From: Paraspadella gotoi
Lineage: Eukaryota; Animalia; Chaetognatha
DNA length: 64,000 nucleotides
NCBI GenBank assembly: GCA_051294375.1
Contig: CM119267.1
Coordinates: forward strand, 9,915,458-9,979,457
Direction of reading: 5' to 3'
Shown here: in pieces, positions 54,262-64,000 of the stretch
Layout: every line of letters starts with the position of its first letter
Numbering within the stretch: position 1 is the first letter of the stretch
The notes under the pieces: model-generated
Database searches by the model: none
The model's input: only the letters and a program-made list of their open reading frames with translations
What the model was told of the DNA's origin: nothing
Position numbers and translations under genes: made by a program

Positions 54262-56279
54262 TCATTCACCGGGGACAGGGCCAGGATTGTCCTCGGGTTT
54301 CATAGGATCCGGACCCGCCTGCTTCTTGGTGCCGGAAACAATATCATCGATCCTCAGCAGGAGAATCGCCGTTTCGATAGCCGTCTTCAAAACCTGCGCT
54401 TTGACGGCAAAAGGCTCCCAGATGCCGTATTCATGCATGTCCACGATCACGCCCTCCTCGCCGTTGATGCCCCACGAGGTGTTGCCAGAGCTGGCGTGCT
54501 TGGCACGAAGTGCCGTCAGGGTGCGAATAGTATTGGCACCACAATTCTGAATAAGCGTGGCGGGAATGACTTCGAGCGCCTTGGCCACCGAGCGGTAAGG
54601 CCATTGATGGACGCCCTCCATGCTCTTCGCCTTTTCGGTGATAATCTGAGCCAAGGCCATTTCCGCGGCGCCGCCGCCAGGCACGAGCGCCGGCTCCATG
54701 CAAACGTTGCGCACGACACTCATGGCGTCCTGAAGATTGCGCTCGATCTCGTTGAGAATGTCCTTAGAGGCACCGCGAAGGAGAATGGTGCAGGCTTTGG
54801 GATTCTTGCACTCCGTGATGAAGGTGAAATACTCGTCGCCGACTTTTTTGATTTCGAAGAGACCGGCGTCGACGCCGACATCTTCCTCCTTCAACTCGTC
54901 CACGCGATTGACTATCGTGGCCCCGGATACGCGAGCGATTCGATTGTTGTCCGTTTTCTTGACGCGACGAAGAGCCGTCACGCCGGCTTTAACGAGATAA
55001 TGCTGAGCAAGGTCGGAGACCCCTTTCTCTGTGATGACAAGGTCCGGTTTTACCTGTAGAATATCAACCAGGCAATTTTAATACGTACCTAAGACTAAAA
55101 AGTGTTTACAAAAAGAACTAGAATTTTTTTTTTCCAACCTTAATGATTTCCTCGCACATTCCCTTGATGGCTTCTTCCTCCAATTCGAGCACTCGAGAAA
55201 AATCCGCTTCCTTGGACAATTCCATCTGGGTCATGGACTCTCCCTTTTTGTACTCGAGGGGACAATCGAGCAGAACGATCCTGGGATTCTCGATCCGCCG
55301 CCGCATTTTGGGGTGAGTTATGTCCTTGTTGATCATGACTCCGTCGAGAACGACCGAGTCTTCTATGGCTCCTCCAGGTATCTTCTCCACTTTAGCATAG
55401 CGCTTAATATCGATCTCCTTTCGACCCCCGGGACCCCCTTCCTCCATGGTCACCATGCGAACAGCCTTTAGAGCCATGGAGCAGGCCAGCGAGGACCATT
55501 TATTGATCTGCGGAGTTGGAAAAAGAAAATCAAAATTACTGGAGGTTTATTCTAAACTGTGAAACTCAATGTCAGATAATATAACCAGTTTGGTGCCGAT
55601 ACAACTCTGGACGATCTTGACCATCTCGACCTCGTCCTCCACGTTGACGGGAATGCTGATCTTAGTCTTGAGCGCATCGAGGATGTCGTCGAGTGCCTGA
55701 CGGTAGGCTGAGATGATGATGGTCGGGTGCATTTGGTTATTGAGGTGCGGCTCGGCAACGGCCAGCATTTCTCCGGCGAGGATGATGACGGAGGTGGTGC
55801 CGTCACCGACCTCTTCGTCCTGAGTGCGGCTGATCTCGATCATCGACTTGGCGGCCGGATGTTGCACAATGATCTCTCGCAAGATGGCATTGCCGTCATT
55901 GGTCATGCAGATTCCGCCCATCGGATCCATAAGCATTTTGAGCATTGACCGGGGACCAAGACATGTTCTGGAATCGTTAAATCATTAATTATTTTTTTAA
56001 CTACCTGCTAACCATTTACGATACTTTTGCATAATTATTTTAATTAACATTATTTCGATATTCATTAGATTACATCGCTTTGTGAAACATCTACATTTAT
56101 ATCGAATCAAACTCGACAAATAGGTAGATCTACTTCTGATAAGAAACCTTAAGGGAAATGTACCTTATTACACCAGCGACTGTCTTCGCAGCCGTGATGT
56201 TTCCAATCTGCACATGCTTTCCTTGCTCTCTTTTCGTGTTAGCGTTTAGGACGATCACAGGTTGTCCGCCTCCGAACAT
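54262..56279 (-). CDS. CCT3: T-complex protein 1 subunit gamma, 4 exons
   Basis: RTCLGPRSMLKMLMDPMGGI, QDEEVGDGTTSV, EIDIKRYAKVEKIPGG, ILLRGASKDILNEIERN and LLLRIDDIVSG. Confidence 0.97.
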
Positions 56280-56588
56280 GGTCGCAGTTTGAATTGGATG
56301 CAATAAAATAAATTACGGATACCAAAGACTCTATGATCTGCAATATTTACAATTAATTAATACAAAGGGTCAAAGATAAGATTCTGTACACAAAACAATG
56401 AGATCAGATATCACAGTGGCTTTTATTTTGATTTGAAAGACAATAGGTAGTCCACATTTCAACGAGGACGATGTCGTCCCCTCAGTCACAAAAACACGCA
56501 ATGAAGTAGATTCCACGGTGAAACGGACTTTCGGCAATGTGGCTACCGGGCAGTTGTGTGAAATGAAGAAATTATTTAAAAAATTGTG

Positions 56589-59500
56589 TTAGTTCGATGA
56601 GTCTTCAGAATCGCTGGAGCAATGAGTCTTCTTTTTGCTTTTCTTTCTTTCCTTTTTTTTCTTCTCTTTTGATTTGTGTTTCTTTTTTTTCTTCTTTTCC
56701 TTTTTATTTTTTTCACGAATTTCGGTGGAAGTTGTCTTTTCCTTTGGCTGCCAACTTTGATCGGAAGAGAGATCAACGGGCAAAGAAGGCCCGAAATTGA
56801 TTTGATCATCATCATCATCATCATCAACGTCGCTCTTTGATAATGATTTAGACATTTCCCCTTCCAAAGCTGGAAACGATTGACTGCCACCGAAATCGCT
56901 TGGCTGTTTTGTATCCGAACAAGATTTCGACGTCTTTGAGTAGGAAAAAGTTATTTTAATGGGTAAATCAATATCATTATTATTTGAGGTGTACTCAATG
57001 TCGGAAGTCACGTTACTTGCTACACCGCCATTGTCTAAACAAGCATATTTTTCTAATAACTTATTCATTTTAGTTCTCGTTTCAGAAGGGAGAGAAGGCT
57101 CCACTTGTTTTTTAGACTCGGCGAGTTTTTGGACGGTCGCGTTTTCGTCTTTGTTATCGTCGTTATTTTTAGCTTTTTCTTCGATGTCATCTTCGTCGTC
57201 GTTTTCGTCATCGCTGCTCTCATCACTTTCGAATACGGCCTTGAACAAATCGCGTTCAGGTTTCGCCACGTCTACGTCGACAGCGGCCTCGCCGGGTTTG
57301 CATGGAGTTGGAGGAATGAACGCTTTTGTAGTTTTTAGCTTAATAGCGATTTTGGCAACTTCGGTTCGCTTTGTCTTCAAGTGGCGAGTGATGAGGTCGT
57401 CTGATGCGTCAATTTCGGATTCGGCGTTGTCTTCGGGTTCACCCGACTCATCTTCAATGGATTTTTGAGTTAATGACGAAGACGGTTTTATGGTTTCTTT
57501 AATCCGAGCTTGGTTTTCAATTGCTGGCGTCGTCGGCGCCGTTAGCACCATTGCCGCCGTCCCCTCGTTTTTACGCGGCGCCAAATCGGCAAACAAATCT
57601 TTCATAAAAAATTTGGATGCGGGTTTCGATTCCGATTCGGGTTCGTTTCCCGCTGCGGCGACTCCGTCCGGAAATGGATTTGGTACGTTGAACCTGGAAA
57701 AAAAGGTAAATAAGAGTTAGTCGTTGTTAAAATTGATAATAGTTCAATGACTGAAATAAAAATGGAGAATACTAGAGAAAATCCCCAACCTTTTGCATAG
57801 GATGCGCTCCGGACGCCACTCGACTTTAGAACGCGTAACTGGTCCAAACTGGTTCATCTTGACGGCGTTCTTCATATCCTGATGCTCGTCCTTGGTCACG
57901 GAGTTGTCATCTTCTTCGTCGTCAAAGCGTGCGGCAACAAACCTCGACGCCATTGTGTTGTTCATAGGCCGATAGATGATAGAGGCGTGCTGAAATTCTT
58001 CCCTCTCACGTTCCTTCTCCCATTCGGTCATTGATGAAGGGGCCAAACCGCGATAGGGATTTTTCTCCCCGCTCTTTTTTCGGTTTAGGTACGCCACATA
58101 ACGGGAGTTCTTAGATGCGTCGGAAGTGAAAGGGGAAAAACTTCCCGAGCTCGACTGGGAGGCGATCACCAAGGGAGATTTGACGATTGGCGACGAAGGA
58201 CCGGGCGCGCCAGATGCGCAGACGAAGGAAGACACGAATGACGGTTTAGATGACTTCGAAACAATCGGGGTTTTCGGTGCGGCCGAGGTATCACCTGACG
58301 AATTCTCTGAAGACATGGGCGATGAAGGAGAAATTGTACTCATTTTTTCTTTGTCTTTAGCGACATACGCAGCACCAGTTTCTTGACCCCACCGGGAGGA
58401 TTTCGTAGCTTCGTTGTTTAGTATAGTTTTCTCCGGTCCGACGCTTAATGATTCGCCCAACAAAGCGGAGCGAACTTGTATTGGGAGGTTGGGCTGAAAA
58501 GAACTCTCTTCTACTCGTTTTTTCTTCGACGTCGGAAAAACGTGGTAAGCTTTGAAACCCTTGGGCACTTTCAAAGAAAAAAAACGGGGCCTGTGGTCGA
58601 CGTTCTGGGTCGCACGTTGAAATCCGGAAATAATCGTGGCGCTCTGAACTTGTGACAACAAGGCGTCGACCTGGGCAGAGTTTAGGTTCGACTTTCTGCC
58701 ACTTTTATTTTCGGGGGCGGTCCAGCCGTGCAATGGGTCGTTTTCTTCCCCGCCAAGGTCGAAGTCGTACTTATTAATATTCTCCACTGCATAGATGTCC
58801 TCATCCTCCTCCTCAAAAGCCCCGATTCCGAAGGCATGACCGCGAATGCCTTTCTTCTTGACCTTCCTTTCTGCGGAGCCAACGACTCGCTCAGATAAAC
58901 CGAAAAGATTAACATGACCCATCGCGTCGTCTTTTGGGGCTGAATTATCGCCTTCTGGCGGAATAAGAGCGACCGATCGATCCCCGGCGCTACCTGACAC
59001 GTCGATGCCTGAAAACCCAAGACCCTTCGTATCGAGCTTTGGCTCCATGAGAATTGCTTGAACATCCCGTGGTGCCAAACGCACACGCGGTCGACCTTTT
59101 GACTTCGTCGTCTCTTCATCACTAGAAGACTCCTCGTCCCACTTTTCTCCCTCCATTCCCCTTACGGTCATAGTGACGTTGGCCCTCGGTCCAATCCCCC
59201 ATCCTTGGCGCCAACCCATTTTCTTTAAAAGTTTGGCTCCGACAGATTCCGAGACGGGCGCTATCATTCCTTCCCATAATCGTACGAGTGGGTCTGATCT
59301 TTCCATGTCTCCATGGCTTCTCTTAAATCCCTGACGCGTTTCCGACGTCGCGAACGTGGAGGTGGCTCGAAGAGTCTGAGGAGCGATGCCGAATTCACCT
59401 AAGTCTTCGGCGTCCATGTAGTCTTCGGGTCTTTGCGTCTTACTGCGATCGAACCGATTGTCACGAGACGACACGAAAGTTTGGGGCGCCCATCCGTCCT

Positions 59501-59762
59501 CGGATCCGACGGTGTTGTAATAGCCCGCCGAAAATCCACCGGAGAAGGCGCCATGAAACCGCCTGCGGCCTTGCTCGTCGGTTACTATTTGATTCTGAAC
59601 AAGGTGGAGTCCCTTAGAACCGCTGCCCCCTTCCTCTTTCTTCTTCTTTGACTTCGGCGCGCGGGCGTAAACGTCGCCATTATTATCGTCGTCGCTGAGC
59701 GGCTCCAGTTGCGTCCCATACCGTACGAATCCATCCGCATCATCGTCCGACCCTTTTCCCAT
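56589..59762 (-). CDS. GPATCH1: G-patch domain-containing protein 1 (2 exons, intron ~57789-57694)
   Basis: DEQGRRRFHGAFSGGFSAGYYNTVGS, G-patch GAKLLKKMGWRQGWGIG, WRPERILCKRFNVPNP, DLFKAVF and a Lys-rich tail. Confidence 0.94.
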
Positions 59763-59926
59763 CTCTGATTTTTTTCAAATAATTAAACAACAATAAAATG
59801 TGAAAATTATGGAAAAAATACAGAATTAAATTTATCTCGAAAAGGAATGAAAAAGTAAAAATTACTTTCTTTGAAAAATACGGAGTGCATGAATTGTGAA
59901 AAAAAATTAACAACATTGAGATAATA

Positions 59927-60309
59927 TTATGCATTCTGATCTTCTGGGGCTGCTCCTTCAAGCCCTCCATCGACTTGCTGCAACAAAGTTATGTTGTCAC
60001 CCTTTAGCATGATGCGACCGACTGTTTTTCGAGTTCCCTTTTTCATGTGAACCTGGAAAGAAAATTTTATTAAATGTGATGGACTGCCTATATTTATGAG
60101 ATACTATATAAATTATGAGCACGAACCTCTTCGGCACCGTCCATTACAAGATTCATGTATTCGTCAAATCCAATTATGTGGCCTTCGATTCTGGTGTTGA
60201 CATTTTCAAAGAGCCAGACGGAAACCCGTGACCGGTTTTGTAGGTACCGGAAGATGAGATTAATAGGTTGCACCATGACTTTTTGAACTTTTCCTCCTTT
60301 GTAAGCCAT
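59927..60309 (-). CDS. SNRPE: Small nuclear ribonucleoprotein E (SmE), 2 exons
   Basis: [32 protein letters not shown] / [14 protein letters not shown], with a short C-terminal extension. Confidence 0.96.
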
Positions 60310-60434
60310 TTTTTTCGAGGTGTGATGTCTTTGAAGGTTTAAAGTTTGGATAAATTCGTGAAGACTTCTAAGCAAGAAAAAAGATATAAAATAACTCAAC
60401 AAAAGGGACTAAACAAAGCAACTGGGAAACAGCC

Positions 60435-61864
60435 CTACTGTCCAGGAATGAGTTCATGAAAGATTTCCTGTTTTTCCGAAAAAGACTGCTCGTGTTCTTT
60501 CATTCTCTTTTGAAGATGCGGCCAAATAGGAGTCTTGCAACGAAACGAGTTTTCCTCACAGGTCAAGTACGGAGCAAATGAGAAACGGACGTTATTGACA
60601 GGAGAGTTGTGGGTCAAAGTTCGGACCACTTGCCCACTGGAAAGGTCCCATACTTTGGCGGTCCCGTCCTCCGAGCCCGTGACCAGGGAAGCACCGTCGA
60701 ACGAAAAATCAAGACACAAAACACCGGCTTGATGTCCGGCCAAACGGCGAATTCGCGAGTTAGATTCGTTGGCTTCCACTGTAACCTCAGCGGTGAAGGG
60801 AGAATCAAAAAGAGAAACTTCGACCACGTCCCCGTTTATGCAGCCGGCATAGAGGTGGTACTCAGCCGGTCCGAGCGCCACGCAGGAAACGACATGATCA
60901 AACGATAAGGCCGTGAGGCAATCCCCCGTTCCGAGATCCCAAAGTCTAACGCTTCGGTCAGTGGATGCAGAGACGGCCCTTGCTTCGGATCCAGCCCCAA
61001 GACCGACCATAAGATCCGAGACTGCGAGAGAATGGCCTGAGAGGGTGTGTCGAAGAGTCTGCTTGGAGCCAGACTCGCCGTCAGACCCGAACAACGAAGA
61101 AAGGCACGATGGGAGATCCCAGACGAGCACAAGACCGTCAGCACCCCCAGATAACAATAAGCTACAGTCGTCAGCGAAGCGAACCACGTTGACCGAGAGA
61201 TAGTGACGCCGCAACAAGGCCAATAGTTCGCCGGACGAAACGCTCCAAACGGCGATCTTTAATAAAAAAGGGGCGGCCAATTAAGCGCTCTCCTTATGAA
61301 TTTATTGGAATATTGTCTCGAAAAAGAACCTGCTCGTCGATCGCTGCGGCCAAGAAGAGTCCGTCGGAGGAAACGACCATGGCTTTCACAATTCCTGGAG
61401 TAACTAAGGTTCTTCTCTCGAGGCCTCGGTGCTGGAGATGCCACGCGTCGATAAGAGGCTTCTCGGAGGAGGCCGTCGCTATAATACCCTTGGATTCCAC
61501 GAGCCTGTGGCGACCGACATTGAAGCCTGTAAAGTTAAACTGAGATTATCCAAGGCGACCATCATTTATATATCAAAACTAATTTGAATATTTTTATAAT
61601 TAACATTATAATTATAATAATTATTTAAAAAATAGTACTTCAATGCTATAACACACTTTTCACCAACTGAACCCAACAATATATTTTCAAATCTCCGGCG
61701 TTTATTAATCTATTCTTATCTCGTAAGTAAATGTATAAGTCAAAACCTTTATATGAAGTGAGAAGGGAACCGTTGGAAGCATCCCAGACACCAACGGTCC
61801 ATAAAGGGGAGTTGGATTCCGTAGTGATCAATATTTCTTTTAGTCCTGAATATTCTCGATTCAT
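60435..61864 (-). CDS. WDR18: WD repeat protein 18 (Ipi3), 3 exons; C-terminus uncertain
   Basis: VWDASNGSLLTSYKG, PGIVKAMVVSSDG, WSVSSGELLALLRRHY, HSLAVSDL and WD40 repeats. Confidence 0.85.
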
Positions 61865-62726
61865 ATTGAAGTCTTTAGCAGCTAATAGGCTACATGGTTT
61901 AATATACGTAAGAATTATATTAGCAATTTATTTTTCTTTATTCTATGTATAGTTACATAGATTGAACTCAAGGTGGCTTCGACTCACTATAGCTTTTTAA
62001 TAAATTGTCTTAGATGGTTCCAGCGCAAACAAAGCTAGCAAAACGTAACTCGACCTAATAATGAATTAATATCGCACAGTAGGAGCTACAACATATACAG
62101 AAAGAATTCAAGTACATGCAAATATCCAAACAAGGAATATTGTATGACATTGTAAATTATATTGTTCTTTTCACCAAGTGTGCTCGACTGAATATCTAAA
62201 GAAAGGGACTTTGACTGCACGACCAATCAAATGTCCTCCTTCAAACAATGACCATATTTTCTAAGGCCACAAAATTCTACCTATACTATCTGATAATATT
62301 AGCAGATCTTACGAATTTTAATGGTTTAAATTTGTCCTTCAATTTAAAGTTTACACGTTGGTTTTTTTTTACTAGAATAAAAATTCATACGGTTAGCATG
62401 ATTCAGAAAGGAACTATGAAAATTTTTTTCAAATTTAGGTTAATATAAATCAACCATTAGCAAAAAAAAATGAAACAAAGGGATCGTAATAGTACAAAAA
62501 CAGAACCGAGACTAGATCCACAAAAGAGGACGCTTTAAGAAATAAATTAAAATGAAACCGTAGCATCAACTCCGATAGAAATTTCGAATAAACTGCGGCA
62601 AAATTTATTTTCAAATTGAGGCTTCTAATTTTCTGGTTACTGTAGTGTGTACTACTGTGAAGAGAATAAAATAAAGAAAACATTAACAGCCGCGGGAACA
62701 ATTTAGTGACGGAGTCCATAAGCAGT

Positions 62727-63770
<1,044 letters not shown>

Positions 63771-64000
63771 CTAAAATAGAGACAAAAAAAATCGGCCCTT
63801 GATTGCGAGGCTAAATCTCTCGAGGGCAATAAATAGTTAGGAAATGAAACTTAAAACAAATAATTTTTTTTTAATTTCTACTTTCTAGATTCAAATATGT
63901 CAAAATGTCAATGTCAATATAGCGACATCATAGGGAAAAGGTTCAGAAAAAAGGAGGAGAAAAGAACAAAACAAAACATTTTATTATTGTGATCTCGCCA

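Noticed and set aside
56446-56547. CTGAGG..GAAA as a hammerhead
   Set aside because: The core is not CUGANGA, there are extra bases before GAAA and there is no stem I. It is kept only as a generic structured candidate.

Overview
Eukaryotic (metazoan-type) genomic DNA: GC-moderate exons, very AT-rich introns (many only ~55-105 nt, a few expanded to kb size by transposons) and very short intergenic spacers. I reconstructed 21 protein-coding genes by hand, and all 21 are on the minus strand, head to tail. In transcription order they are GABARAP, WDR18, SNRPE, GPATCH1, CCT3, LRRC61-like, DSTYK, RUBCN, orphan, ZNF704/395-like C-clamp factor, ABHD hydrolase, FBP1, VPS45, GPX1 (selenoprotein with in-frame TGA and a SECIS, split by the ORF track), SARAF, orphan, endophilin-A, SEC61G, DUSP11, NDUFA10 and DUS2 (runs off the left end). 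Stop-to-ATG gaps are often only 125-310 nt, and most start codons have an apparently unpaired 3' splice acceptor just upstream. This suggests a very long operon-like or polycistronic array resolved by trans-splicing (inference). Introns carry a tRNA-promoter-bearing TRIM/solo-LTR family with 4-bp TSDs, Penelope-type repeats with minimal hammerhead ribozymes, two HINE/DINE-1-like families and MITEs. Exon boundaries were read by eye and may be off by a few bases. No database search was run.
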